From positions 107,634,001 through 107,698,000 of the forward strand of contig NC_058373.1 in NCBI RefSeq assembly GCF_018350175.1: 64,000 nucleotides of DNA, read 5' to 3'. This document shows, in pieces, positions 37,780 to 50,570 of the stretch (the stretch's first letter is position 1; each line of letters opens with the position of its first letter). The notes below the pieces were generated by a model that saw only the letters and a program-made list of their open reading frames with translations, had not been told where the DNA came from and ran no database searches. The stretch comes from Felis catus. Lineage: Eukaryota. Position numbers and translations under genes: made by a program.

Positions 37780-38500
37780 AAAAGACCTAAGCACATACAC
37801 ATAATAATATAGAAGAAACCTAGGGGAAAGAGGGAGGAAGAGAAGAGAAAATAATACTTACTTCCTCACCTTTCCCAGTAGAAGAGATATTGTTTAATGT
37901 TCCTGCATCAGAAGAGCTGTATTTAAAAAAAGATTTTTAGTGTTTATTTATTTTTGAGACAGAGAGAGACAGAGGCCGAGACAGAGCACGAATGGGGGAG
38001 GGACACAGAGAGAAGGAGACACAGAATCTGAAGCAGGCTCCAGGCTCTGAGCCGTCAGCACAGAGCCCCATGTGGGGCTTGAACTCACAAACTGTGAGAT
38101 CATGACCTGAACCGAAGTTGGATGCTTAACCGATTGAGCCACCCAGGTGCTCCAAAAGAGATGTATTTTTAAAATTATAAAAATAGGTGCCAGAGCTAAA
38201 AATAAAAATAAGTTAACAAAAGTTGGAAGAGGGTTTAATCCAAATGAGTAAATTTTTTATTTTTCAAAACATTATTCAATAGATTCTTCTTAAAGTTGAT
38301 AAATCAAGAAATAGCATAAACATGTTAGCTGAGTTATGTAGATGACTACCAGAAAACTTAAAACTATACACAAACAGACGAAAAACAGTTACCTGTGAAA
38401 GACAGGCCTGGAGTGAGGATCATAGAGCGAGATTTTTACTTTTCATTTTATACCTTTCCACTGAAATTATTATTTCCATGTACACATATTATGTTTTATA
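37780..38500 (+). mobile_element. HAL1/ancient L1-related 3' fragment with a SINE inserted
   Basis: AAAGTTGATAAATCAAGAAATAGCA motif, recalled from HAL1. Confidence 0.55.
37925..38153 (-). mobile_element. Can-SINE
   Basis: Full length; TSD AAGAG(C/A)TGTATTT. Confidence 0.93.
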
Positions 38501-39231
38501 AGAACCATGCCCATACTATTCATTCAGTAAGTCGACATCTAGGTTTCCATCCCAGAAAAATGTTCATGATGTACATTATAGAAGTGGCTCTAAGGGAAAT
38601 GAGGGCCTTCCTCCAAGGCCGGGGGGGGGGGGGGGGGCCGGGAAGTACAGTCCCTGAAGGGGAGTCAGTGCTGGCTAAACACCATGCCCCAAAGGTCTGG
38701 GGTCTCTTTACATCTATCTGAATGTCCTTATCCACCTTATCCTTCTGAATGCACCTTATCCGCCTATCCTAAGGTGCAGCCCAGAGATCGGAGAAAACAA
38801 GGACTTTTGTGTCTGAGTTTCTCACCCTCTGTTCTCTTTTACATTTACTTCCGGGTGAGAAGGCAAAATAGATTCCACTTCCTTTTCTGGTCCGTGTCTT
38901 ACTTTTTTGACCTGGGACACAAAAGCCTCACGGCTTGGCTTTAATGGTGGATGGGATGCAGGAGGGGAACGTAGTCTACCAAAAAGAATGTTGGGAGGTA
39001 TTTCAAAGGCATCATCTCCCTTATGTATCTACACACACCCAGAAAGGTCTGCAAGGACACGGGCTGCTTCAATAGCAATGGACACTTCTAGGGAGGTGAG
39101 TGGGGAGGGAGGATGTATTCATGTACGACATGAGTAATTGTTTTGGTTCTTGTTGCTACGGATACTTTTTTAGTGCTGTCATGTTTTATCCATTTTAATC
39201 ATCACAATAGCCCAGCAAAATTATTTTTTCT

Positions 39232-39570
39232 ACTTTTTTGAAATTAATAGACTTTATTTTTAGAGTTTTAGGTTTACTGAAAAATTGAGTGGAAATCACA
39301 GAGTTCTCATCCACCTACCCTCCCCTTCCTCCCCAGTTTCTCCTATTATTAACATCTTGCATTAGTGTGGTACATTTGTTACAGTTGATGAGCCGATACT
39401 GTATGTTATTATTAACAAAAGTCCCTAGTTTACTTTAGGATTCACTCTTATGTTTGACATCCTGTGGGTTTTGACAAATGTATGACATGTATCCACCATT
39501 ATAGTGTCATACAGAACAATTTTACTGTCCTAAAAATCCCCTGTGCTCACCTATTCATCCCTCCCCCAAT
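39232..39570 (-). mobile_element. L1 3' end (L1MC-like)
   Basis: TTAATAGACTTTATTTT...GTGGTACATTTGTTACA...GGGTTTTGACAAATG. Confidence 0.85.
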
Positions 39571-40175
39571 TGATTTTTTTAAAAACCCGTGTAGTCCTGA
39601 TTCCCGTACTGTTCCCACTTGCCCATGAAGTGCAATTCAGTCCACTGCACCTGTTCTTTTCATTAGTGACTCTGCTTTCTGTGATAATAGTATGTGAGTG
39701 GTCTTCAAGCACCTCATATCCTGCCACTACTGCCACTTGTCAGGGGAAAACCCAGACAGGATGAGATCCACATTCTCAGCTGTCCCTGTCTTCCAAGGAA
39801 GAGAAACCCTAAACCAGTAGCTAAAGAGTGAAACCAGATACCCCAGGGAAGGGGTAGGGGGGTGTTAGGTCTCTGGTGGTCTGGAAGAGGCACCAAGCCA
39901 GAAACCCAAAAGTGCTGGGAAAACCAGCAAGGGGATGTAGATAGGGTTGGGTAACATCCCAGCTGTGGGATAACATCCTTGCTGTGGCGAAGGGACAGCA
40001 AATAACAGGACTTAGGATTTGAGAGGAGCTCTTACTGCAGACTGATTACGAGCAATATGGAGCCCTCCTGCTTCCCGGATAAAACCATATCCTGATTTCC
40101 AAGGTTAGCACTGGGTGGGGTGCGGGGGAGAGTCTCTTGTGGAGGTGGCCAAGAATGAGGCTGGCTTTCTCGAGG

Positions 40176-40412
40176 CAGTGATTTTCAAACGATTTTACCA
40201 TGACCTACAGTGAACATCTATTTCATATTGACATCTAGTGTATATAACAGTGCACACACTGTGCATACACAAACATATACACACTGTTAACAGTATCAGC
40301 AGCACCTAGGAACTTGCTAGAAATGCAAAATAAGGAGCTCACTTTTGCCTACTAAATCAGAGTTGGTATTTTAACCACGTTCCCCAGTAATCATGGTTTA
40401 AAAAGCATTGAT
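40176..40412. mobile_element. hAT-Charlie (MER5-group) fragment(s)
   Basis: CAGTGATTTTCAAAC start and GTTTAAAAAGCATTG end; AGAAATGCAAA and CTACTAAATCAGA internal motifs. Confidence 0.55.
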
Positions 40413-40564
40413 CTGGGGGACCTCAAACTCAAAGATGAGTAAACCATCCCTGTAAACCCCAAGTGATCTCTTTCCACGTAAGGGACAATTAGCAAATGGT
40501 CTAAATACTATAGTCTTAGTATTCATCTTGTATCCCATCCCTCTCAGGGCTCCATCACATAATA

Positions 40565-40750
40565 GTAATGATTGTATTAAGGGGTTAAGTAAGTGCCAAA
40601 TGCTATTCTAGTGCCTTAAGTGTATTAACCCTTTTCATTCTCATTACAACCTTAATAAAGTAGGTTCCATTATTTTGCATTTTATATATGAGATAATTGA
40701 GGTACAAGAAGGTTAAGTAAGTTGCCCAGGCCACACAGCAAATAAATGGG
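40565..40750 (-). mobile_element. MIR
   Basis: ATGAGATAATTGAGGTACAAGAAGGTTAAGTAAGTTGCCCAGGCCACACAGC. Confidence 0.8.
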
Positions 40751-41149
40751 GAAATAAAACTGCTGAAAGTAATAGGAAATGGTCAATAGATTTCTGCAAG
40801 ATGGAAAGTGGACAGAACAAGGCTGTTAAGTGAAACAGGTGGAGAAACATGAGACCTCACATATTCTCCCTGCTGGAGCCAGTCAACTAACAAAATTATT
40901 GAGAGGCTGTGCACTCAGAATCAGTAGTATGGCCAAGGATCAAGGTGATAACTGGAGCAAACACTAGATAACTTTCCTGTTGGTACACCCTGGTAATCCC
41001 CCACCCCTTTAGGGCAGAAAGCCCAGGCAGCTGAAACTCGCCCAGGGCAAAAGGGTATGCTTCAAAAATTTGGAACCAGCCATCTGGGGGAAAGCTAAGA
41101 CCTCCATATAAATACTATTCTTCTTCTCGTTTGGATACATGGGAGCTCC

Positions 41150-41444
41150 CACAGCCCAGCGATTAAGTGTGACGGTAAAAACATCTCAGACCTATGAGGA
41201 CTTAGAAGATCTATCTTGCATGTCCCCTTCTGTGGGAAGTTACTTATGGACATACTCCAGCAAATCAAACTAAAAAAGAAGGTGATATGCGATCCATAAA
41301 CTAACAACTCTGATGCAGGAGAGCAGGGGCAGACAAAAGGTTCTAGGAAGAGAACAGTACAGCGGGCCCAGAGGATAAGTCCAGATTGGTGTGGGAGGGT
41401 TTTGGAGGGGAAAAGCCAGCTTACTCGGTAGAAAAGATGATATG
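41150..41444 (+). mobile_element. HAL1-like fragment (probably continues at ~43820-44300)
   Basis: CATGTCCCCTTCTGTGGGAAGTTACT...AGTCCAGATTGG resembles recalled HAL1. Confidence 0.55.
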
Positions 41445-41457
41445 AAAGAAAATTTGA

Positions 41458-42609
41458 TGTTAGCCATTCTGCCAGGTGTAAGGTGGTATCTCATTGTGGT
41501 TTCGATTTGTCTTTCCCTGATGATGAGTGATGTTGAGCATTTTTTCATGTGTCTGCTGGCTATCTGGATGTCTTCTTTGGAGAAGTGTCTATTCATGTCT
41601 TTTGCCCATTTCTTCACTGGATTATTTGTTTTTTGGGTGTTGAGTTTGATAAGTTCTTTATAGGTTTTGGATATTAACCCTTTGTCTGATATGTCATTTG
41701 CAAATATCTTCTCCCATTCTGTCGGTTGCCTTTTAGTTTTGCTGATTGTTTCCTTCGCTGTGCAGAAGCTTTTTATTTTGATGAGGTCCCAGTAGTTAAT
41801 TTTTGCTTTTGTTTCCCTTGCCTCTGGAGATGTGTTGAGTAAGAAGTTGCTGTGGCCAAGATCAAAGAGGTTTTTGCCTGCTTTCTCCTTGAGGATTTTG
41901 ATGGCTTCATTAACAACTCAGGCAACAACAGATGTTGGTGAGGATGCGGAGAGAAAGGATCTCTTTTGTATTGTTGGTGGGAATGCAAGCTGGTGCAGCC
42001 ACTCTGGAAAACAGTTTGGAGGTTCCTCATAAAACTAAAAATAGAACTACCCTATGACCGAGCAATTGCACTACTAGATATTTATCCGTGGGATACAGGT
42101 GTGCTGTTTCGAAGGGATACATGCACCCCCATGTTTATAGCAGCACTATCAACCATAGCCAAAGTATGGAAAGAGCCCAAATGACCATCGATGGATGAAT
42201 GGATAAAGAAGATGTGGTACATATATACAATGGAGTATTACTCGGCAATAAAAAGAATGAAATATTGCGACTTGCACCTACGTGGATGGAACTGGAGGGT
42301 GTTATGCTAAGTGAAGTTAGTCAGAGAAAGACAAAAATCATATGACTTCACTCATATGAGGACTTTAAGAGACAAAACAGATGAACATAAGGGAAGGTAA
42401 ACAAAAATAATATAAAAACAGAGAGGGGGACAAAACAGAAGAGACTCATAAATATGGAGAACAAACTGAAGGTTGCTTGAGGGGTTGTGGGAGGGGAGAT
42501 GGGCTCAATGGGTAAGGGACACTAAGGAATCTACTCCTGAAATCATTGTTGCACTAGATGCTAACTAATTTGGATGTGAATTTTAAAACATAAAAAATAA
42601 AATTAAAAA
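41458..42609 (+). mobile_element. Felid L1, 5'-truncated with a 5' inversion (twin priming)
   Basis: 41458-~41908 is antisense ORF2; ~41908-42609 is sense ORF2 end, 3' UTR and polyA; 13-bp TSD AAAGAAAATTTGA at 41445-41457 and 42610-42622. ORFs [18 protein letters not shown] (-) and [19 protein letters not shown] (+). Confidence 0.95.
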
Positions 42610-43089
42610 AAAGAAAATTTGAGAACACAATAATGGAAAACAAAACGAAGAGAAAAAAGACAATAAGGAATTTCAAGGGGGCAGGCAAAGTATACAAGGA
42701 CCTCAGTCAACTAAACATGACATGACTTAAAGCTAAATGTAAGAAAAAGAGCTCCATTAGTCTTTGATGCTATGAGCATTCTATTTAATGTGGTCCTCGG
42801 TTGTTGTTATGGGGCCTGCAGGGAGGGAAATGCAATTCCTGCAACCTGCTTCCCAGGCACTGAACAATATTTAAGTGATTATACATGTGTAAATATCTTT
42901 CACTGGTGTCTAACTTTAGAGTCAACTTGTGGACAAAGCGGAGAAAAGTTAACAGAGCTTATACAGAAAATGTCAACAATTTTGACTGTGTATACCATGT
43001 AAAATGTAACTAACAGAAGGTAGAGTGTAGAAGAAAGGAAAGAAGGAAGACAGAATGGAATGATAATCGCCTCATTTTTATAAAGTAGG

Positions 43090-43815
43090 GAGCCATAGAA
43101 TGCTGTCTGAAGTGTATAGAAACTTGTGGGAGTATGAATTGGAATGTGTTTTTGGAGAGCAATTTGGCGATATATGGAAGCAAGCTGAAGATGCCCCAGA
43201 TCCCACACCCCAGTAATTCTCCAAGGGAATCTCTCACACATGAGTACAAACAGGTTCACTACATCATTGTTTGGAATGGTTCGAAGGAATCAGTTTAGGT
43301 TAAGAGGCAGGACTACACAGTAGTTAAGAGAGAGGACTCTGGAGCTAGATGGTCATGTATTAGCCGTTGAGATTTCAGGTATGCGATTTCTTCTCTGTGC
43401 CTCAGTTTTCTCATAGAAAATGAGGATCGCTACAGGATCACGTTAGTTAAGCAATATAACATCCTTAAAATAGTGCCTGGAACATAGTAGGCACTCAATG
43501 CTGTTGCTATTACTGTTCTTATTTTCCACCAACAAGGCCTGAATAAAGACACTGTAGTAGGTTCATAGAAGGAATACGAGGCAGCGAGAAAAACGAAAGG
43601 ACTATAGCTTACATTAACACAGATATATTTTGAAAACACCAAGTTGAGTGGAAAACATCAAATTATAAAATAAAATGTTCTGAGTAGTAGTATCATCTGT
43701 GCACCCGAAAAAAGGCAAAATACTACATATCATTTATGGATACATGCAAATATATATAAAAAAGATATTAAGAGGTAACAGGTGATACATTATTCTTTGT
43801 ACTCCTATATTTCAT
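43090..43815 (+). mobile_element. Ancient L1 3' end (L1ME-like) with a MIR inserted at ~43308-43515
   Basis: TTTTGGAGAGCAATTTGGC...; MIR GTAGTTAAGAGAGAGGACTCTGGAGC...TAGTGCCTGGAACATAGTAGGCACTCAAT. Confidence 0.7.
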
Positions 43816-44013
43816 AAATATTTAAGATACAAAATGAAGTTGCTAGAATGAGAAATAGGTAGCACTGGTATAAAGTTTAAAATTTCAAAATAACAAAAGA
43901 ATAAGAGTGCAATGTTAAATATTGGAAGGAGGAGGAGGGAAGAAAAAGTAGGAGATCATCCTCATCTTTTACGTTAGAGGGTCAATAAATATTATTTAAA
44001 ATTGATAAATGCA

Positions 44014-44245
44014 GGGGCGCCTGGGTGTGTCAGTCAGTTAAACGTCTGACTTCGGCTCGGGTCATGATCTCACAGTTAGTGAGCTCGAGCCCCACGTTGG
44101 GCTCTGTGCTGACAGCTGGGAGCCTGGAACCTGCTTCCCATTCTGTGTCTCCTTTTCTCTCTGCCCCTCCCCGACTCTAGCTCTGTCTCTCTCTCTCTTT
44201 CTCTCTCTCTCAAAATAAATAAATGAACAGACAGACGGACTTAAA
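44014..44245 (+). mobile_element. Can-SINE
   Basis: GGGGCGCCTGGGTG head, (CT)n, AAAATAAATAAA. Confidence 0.93.
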
Positions 44246-44609
44246 CAATTTTTTTTAGTTGGCAAATGAAGAAATAGGGATCAAGGCGTGCTATCTGTAC
44301 CTATCTAAGTATACTGGTTTGAACCCACCTTGGGGGCAACAGTGTGCCCTGAATTGTTAACAATTGTGCACCACATCTAGGAGCGTGACTTACACATAAT
44401 AGATACTCCACAGTATGTTCCATTTTAATGAAACAATCTAAATGTTAGTCTGTGGGTTTGCAGTCTCACACAAGTAAGCCAAACACAGCTGTGCAGCCTT
44501 TAGGGAGTTGAGGTGACCCCCGGATGGCTGCACGCTCCTTCCTCCTTGACTGCTTCTCCATCCCAGCGCCCAAGTTGCCAAATACACCATCCTTTTACTG
44601 TCCCTCCTC

Positions 44610-44995
44610 ACTTACGTCCGCTCATGATCTGCAACCTTGTCCAAAAGATTTGAAGACAAGTGGAAAAAAATTAAGATCCCCAGAAAAAGCTCTTGAAACC
44701 TGGAGTGGAAAAACTGACAGAAAATTACCCGTCTCGGTCCTAGCCAAGAGCGCAGCGGTTATGACAACACAGCCCCCATAACCAGAGGGGCGAGAATGAG
44801 GCGTTCCTGCCCAGGTGAAGAGGCAGCCAGCAGCCCCCCAGTATTCACAGCACCAGAGATTTGTCCAAATCCCACTTCAAATCTCGTAATCCCTTCGGTC
44901 AGTAACTGCTGCGGTGACATCATCCGTTCCTCTGTTTCAGACAGAGGCTCATCCCGCTTCTGCTTTGCAGCCCTGATGTGGTCTAGCAAGCGTGT
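44610..44995 (-). promoter_or_regulatory. Candidate promoter and first exon (minus strand) ending ATG AGC GGA C|GTAAGT
   Basis: Unique sequence with ~17 CpGs in 44521-44995; consensus donor GTAAGT (44615-44610); ATG at 44625 with A at -3; CRE-like TGACATCA at ~44915. Confidence 0.4.
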
Positions 44996-45504
44996 GGCTT
45001 TCAGGCTGACTTAGAAAATCCAGTCGCACATGGAAAAACGCAGTTTAAAAAATTATGATCTCTTTTTCCCCTTTGTAAATGGATGTCGTTAACTTTGGAT
45101 CTAAGCAAGGGCATAAGTGTCCTGCCTCACTGAAGGGCCTGTGGAGTGTTTTTCAATATGTTGAAAGCCTGGCTTTTCCTGTCGTAGAGAGGCTGTAACT
45201 ATGGTATCATCAGAAGACTGGGAAGTGTCCACTGCCAGGGATTTGCCTCTCTGAAAAGCCTATAAAAAATGGAAACAGTAAAATGAAAGAGTGTTAGATA
45301 GGCTTGCTCAAATTTTGTATTGCGGCTACTTGTCTGAGTTATTTAAAATTCTCTAAGTGTACTCACAGGATTTTCGAGAAATAGGTTTTCCTTTCTTTCC
45401 ATATTTCCTCCCCATTCTAAGTCTGTTTATCTCTTTATATCTGTCCATCTGTATATATCGATGTGGGTGGCACAGTAATTAGGAAGTTCTGTTTAAGGTA
45501 GAGG

Positions 45505-45720
45505 ATTCATTCATTCATTCATTCATTCATCAGACATTTCATAGGCAACCCCTACGTGCCAGATACTATGCTAAATTCTGAGTGTATAAGAACAAATGAG
45601 ATGCAGCTCCTGTCCTTGGATCTTACCAATATATTGGTGGGAACAGCTTTCTAACAGATAAATTACAACATGTTAAGAGCACAGACAGAGTCAAGTGCTC
45701 TGCGAGCAGAGGAGGGAGCA
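45505..45720 (-). mobile_element. L2 3' end with (ATTC)n tail
   Basis: ATTCATTCATTC...CCTACGTGCCAGATACTATGCTA. Confidence 0.8.
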
Positions 45721-46717
45721 GCTCACTGTGCTGCGATAACATTTCCCAGTTGTTTCAGAGAACCACCCTGGTATAAACATTTTCCAAGCCATCAAATATC
45801 TTTTCAGTCCACTTTGAATTCGTTTTGCAGTGTTGAGTTTTCGATGGAATGAGGAGTCATCTTTCTGTGCCAGAACTTACCCTTATGTCAGGGAGAGAGG
45901 GGTGGATACAGAAAAGCACAGGGAGAGGGAAGGGGGGGGGGGGGGCTTGGCTTCCTGCCCGCCAAGGGACTAACACATTTAAATTCCCTGGCGCTGTTAG
46001 TGAATCATTAGGTTGTTAAGAATTTTGGATGTGTGTGAGCCTATGTGTGCTTAATTGTCTACTCCTCTAAAACTCCTTCCTAACCTCTCTTCTCCTTCCC
46101 ACTTTTTTTTTTTTTTTTGAAATAGAAGAAATCATAAAGACAAGGAGGGGTCTTGTTTCATGGTCCTTTTGGTGGATGGAACCATCACATTGTGACATTC
46201 GTCCGAGTCATTAGGAAATCTGCATTCCAAGGTCTGTAAAACCCTATCCATGCCTCAGCAGGGACAGAAGAATGTACAGTTGCCAAACTTCACACTCCCC
46301 CAGTCCTTGCTAAATTTGGACCCAAGTGCAAAGAATTGGGGTCCTGCCCTCATTTATAGCTGGCAACATGCAGCAGCCTGGTTTGTGAAAAAGGACTGCA
46401 TGGCCATCCAAATCTGTTACAGTGTCACGTGGTGATGAGTTTAATGTAAATGAATCTAAAACATCTGGATCAAATTTCCTCTCAAACAAACAGGGTTATG
46501 AAAATTGGTGGGCAAAAAACATCTTCTGGCCAAAGGCATTTTGAGTTATTCCTGAACCCAAACTCTTTGTGATGATGGTTTCAGAAGGGGGACCATGTGT
46601 GGCCTCTCTGTGGCTTCTCCCAGTACCTGAGTCTACAGCAAATGGGGCTGCTGCAAACAGGACTCACCATTATCTTCGCAATGAGCCACCATCTTTGTAA
46701 TGCAAAAAGGAGAGGAA

Positions 46718-47580
46718 TTAATCCATTTAACAACTGTTTATTGAGCACCTACTAAAAGCCAGCTGTATTACTGTATCAATATCAGGGGATATGCAGTATC
46801 AGGAAATATTGCAGGAAATAAGACAGACCCAGACCCTGCCCTCTGGGGCTTGCAGTTTAGAGGCAACTTAGAGGCACACATCACACAGGTAGCTAGCACT
46901 GAACTGGGTGGTTGTTATGGGTGCTGTGGGAACTCAAAGCAGCCCAGTGAGTCACTAAGTGTGGGTGGATTGAATGATTGTCTCTGGAAAAGTGGCCTTT
47001 GTGCCACTCTTGACTGCTGTGCTCCTTGGAGCCCATCTCAATGCTTGGTACTTGGCAGGGCCTCAAGAAATATTTGTCAAATGAATGGCTTCTCCAAACA
47101 AATGCTGAGAGGAGAGTTAAGCCGAGGGAAAGGGAAAGTGTTTGGAAGGAGTGAGCAGCTCATGCCTAAGGTTGGGGGTGAGGAAGGTTTGGTAGGTTGG
47201 AGAGACACTGGTTGGCTGTGAAGTGGGGAGGAAGGAAAGAAGATGGCAAAAGGGTGGGTCCTGATATTGGAGGGTCCTGGAGGCCCAGTGAAAGGTTTAG
47301 CCTTTTATCTTAAAGATAGTGGGACATCCTTGAAGAATTCTAAGCAGAGAAATGACATGATCAGATTTTTATTTGGGGGAAGATCTCTCTTGGCTACGTG
47401 TGGAGAATAATTCTGGTTCTGGGAGGCTGTTGTAGCCATCTCACGGGAATGAGATAGTGGAAATGAGATGGCCTAGGGTGGGACAGTGGGGAAGAAAAAA
47501 AAAAACTGGACAGCATTCAAATACATTTAGAAGGCAAAATCAGGGGAACTCAGTGATCACTTGAAGGTAGAGGGTGAGGA
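46718..47580 (-). mobile_element. L2 fragments
   Basis: TTTATTGAGCACCTACT...AAGCAGAGAAATGACATGATCAGATTT...GGAGGCTGTTGTAGCCATC. Confidence 0.8.
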
Positions 47581-47769
47581 AGATTCCAAGAAGGCACCAT
47601 CATAAGACAAAGATTTGTCCACTAGTGATTCATTACGGAAGTGCTCCTGAGTGGGAACAGAAGAACAGGGAAGGGAAAGAAGCTAGTAAGTGTGACTTTT
47701 AGGCAAAATCCCACAAAAGGTACATTGTCCTGACCACCTGGGGGGATTCTAACATATCTCAAGCCATTT

Positions 47770-48060
47770 TAGTTCATTTACTTATTTATACCAAACTTGT
47801 TCCATATAGGATTTAAGGCACACTCTAATATATAAAATACAATAAGATTGCATAAATATCTAAGAAAAGTAGAAAGAAAATGGTAGAGGAACATAAGAAA
47901 GAAGCCAGGAGTAGGGCTTCTTTAGAAGCACAACGTGTGCTCTAATCAACATGTTTGCCTCCCTGGGGGACACATGTGTGGCTATAGTGTAAAAGGGAAA
48001 CTTGATCAATTACACAATCTGGTGTTCAGAAAATAAATGCCAGCTTCAGAAGTGCAAGTA
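47770..48060 (-). mobile_element. Possible L4 (RTE-X) 3' end
   Basis: TTATTTATACCAAACTTGTTCCATATAGGATTTAAGGCA resembles a recalled L4 terminus. Confidence 0.4.
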
Positions 48061-48067
48061 TTTTTTT

Positions 48068-48105
<38 letters not shown>

Positions 48106-48409
48106 CAAGGGAGGGACATAGGGAGAGAGAGAGAGACAGAGAGAGACAGAGAGAGAGAGAGAGAATCTTTAAAAAATTTTTTTTACATTTATTCATTTAT
48201 TTTTGAGAGACAGAGAGCACAAGTGGGGAAGGGGTAGAGAGAGAGAGAGAGCGAGAGCGAGAGCGAGAGAGAGAGAGAGAAAGAATCCAGAGCAAGTTCC
48301 AGGCTCTGAGCTGTCAGCACAGAGCCTGACACAGGGCTCAAACTCACAAACCATGAGATCATGACCTGAGCCGAAGTCGTACACTTAACCGATGGAGCCA
48401 CCCAGGCAC

Positions 48410-48468
<59 letters not shown>

Positions 48469-48574
48469 CTTAAGCAGGTTCCATGACCACTGAGGAGCCT
48501 GACTGTGGTGAGATCATGACCTGGGCTGAAATCAAGTGTCTGACGCTTAGCTGGCTGAGCCACCCAGGCACCCC
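48061..48574 (-). mobile_element. Older Can-SINE split by a nested SINE
   Basis: Outer TSD CAGAAGTG(C/T)AA; tail half 48061-48169, head half 48411-48574. Confidence 0.9.
48170..48410 (-). mobile_element. Nested Can-SINE
   Basis: Complete SINE flanked on both sides by (GA)nGAATCTT. Confidence 0.9.
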
Positions 48575-48723
48575 AGAAGTGTAACTGGTTTTGATGCTAG
48601 CATAGGGGTGGGAATTTCTTCCAGAGTTTCTATAAAGAGGTCATGGTATGATTTTATAAGTAACCTTCCTTCAGAAAAAAAAACCCCACACATTTCATGA
48701 CTATTAAAAAAAATAATGATCTT

Positions 48724-48922
48724 GGGGCACCTGGGTGGCTCAATCAGTTAAGCTTCCAACTCTTGATTTCACTCAGGTCATGATCTCATGATTCGGGGAA
48801 ATTGAGCCCCGTGTTGGGCTCCACGTTGATAGTGCAAAGCCAGCTTGGGATGCTCTCTGTCTCTCCTGCTCTCTCTCTGCTCCTCCCCCACTCATTCTCA
48901 CTCTCAAAATAAATTATAAAAC
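48724..48922 (+). mobile_element. Can-SINE, older type
   Basis: GGGGCACCTGGGTGGCTCAATC head; TSD-like AATAATGA(T/C)CT. Confidence 0.92.
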
Positions 48923-50085
48923 AATAATGACCTCAAAGAAGGTTGATGGCACGTTGTCAAAAACGCAATTCAGTGAAATCCACCTGTTGGGGGCTGGATA
49001 TGTTGTGGAGCATGTCCCCAGTTCTCATCTGCTTTTGCTTTTCCAGGGGTAGATTGTTGAATAGCTTTCAGACTATTGCTTGACAGTCAATGTCCTCCTC
49101 AACAGTAGATGTCCTCTTAGCTCCTGACAATTGAGTACTTGCTGAATATCAACTCACAAAACGTTCCCTCTCTATTTTCTAAGATCTCAATTGCAGATAC
49201 TCTCTATTTCCAGTTGAATATAGACCTATGTGACTTGGTAGGTGTTTATTCTGAGATTAGATTTAACATCATTTTGTAAAAACTGAGAAATCAAATGAAG
49301 ATGCAGGCATGAATCAGCAGCCATACTGCCTGTGCTTAGAGATGAATCAGGGGAGACCCTGTGGGCAGGGTACAGCATCCTCAGAAACTGCCTTGAGTCT
49401 ATACTGATACATAAGCTGATGAGGTACCACAGCCAAATGTTCTACTCCCTATAGCACACTTGTAATATTTCCAGGATGGAAAAACATTTTCAAGGGAGCA
49501 TATCCAGAAATCCATCTCTATAAGCAATTTGCAATTCTGGGTATGGCTTGACTGTGCCCTGCCTGTACCATAATTATTGATGAATACACTTAGAATGATA
49601 TTTAACCAGTTCTGGAGCTACAAAGTCTTCCCATGGTACTTCATTCATTCAGTGTTTTAAAATCATCTGTACATAGCCCATGTAGATAGTGACCTGTAAC
49701 CCATAAATTCGGGGCTATTGTCCTTACTTTCTGAGGCTAATAGAGATGAGTCTTCCAAGAGTCAGCTGGTCTCTTTTCACATAGTTATCTTTGGGAAATG
49801 TATTTCCTGCAGTCACTTCCTAAGACAAATAACCCACCAAATGGCACAGGGCCATTTAATTTTCTATTGATTTTGTCTATGAAAATGTCTCTTTGATTTA
49901 CCCCTCCTTTTCATTTTCTCTGTCTCCTAAATCCAAAATATTGTGACTTCCCTCTTTGCTTACACCCTGGTGTTGAGCTCTCCCGTCCAATTCATCTTGC
50001 ACATGAAAGCTATATTTTCTGTATTTTTTTCTAAGAAACCACTTCCATCATGTCAATTGCCTGCTTAAGAATATAGGTAGTTATC

Positions 50086-50226
50086 TAAAAACTGAGAATA
50101 AACTGAGGGTTGATGAGGGGTGGGAGGGAGGGGAAAGTCGGTGATGGACATTGAAGAGGGCACCTGTTGGGATGAGCACTGGGTGTTGTATTAAACCAAT
50201 TTGACAATAAATTTCATATTTAAAAA
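50086..50226 (+). mobile_element. Very short felid L1 3' end inside an L2 fragment (~49860-50400)
   Basis: AAACTGAGGGTTGATG...TGGGATGAGCACTGGGTGTTGTA...AATAAA; 19-bp TSD AAGAATATAGGT(A/G)GTTATC at 50067-50085 and 50227-50245. Confidence 0.92.
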
Positions 50227-50570
50227 AAGAATATAGGTGGTTATCAATTTCTGATCATGCTGAACCCAGATTTCTCTGACTTTCAGCACTCTCCATAATC
50301 TGGTTCTACCATACACTCTTAACTTTATCAACTGTATCTGCTTTCTCCTCTGAATTAACATAGTATTTCACTCATTTCTTTCTTGTAACACTTGTCACTT
50401 AAAAACTAACACTAGTCTGCATTTATATATTCTCAATTTTGTTTTATATAGCAAATGCGTATCAGCTTAGAATTGTGGTAACTTTTTAATGTATCAAAAA
50501 TTTTATAATTTTGTTATGACCCTATTTATCACTAGTAATTATTTTTTCCTTAAAAATCTTTTTGGTGTGA

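Noticed and set aside
38717..38769. Short reiterated CCTTATCC units
   Set aside because: Simple microduplication; GGATAA is not the canonical WGATAR motif.
41270..42184. ORFs resembling a real protein
   Set aside because: They are fragments of L1 ORF2p in a truncated, inverted element.
46662..46694. Minus-strand AG|ATGGTGGCTCATTGCGAAGATAATG|GTGAGT 25-nt exon-like segment
   Set aside because: Weak acceptor, not frame-preserving, and no other support.
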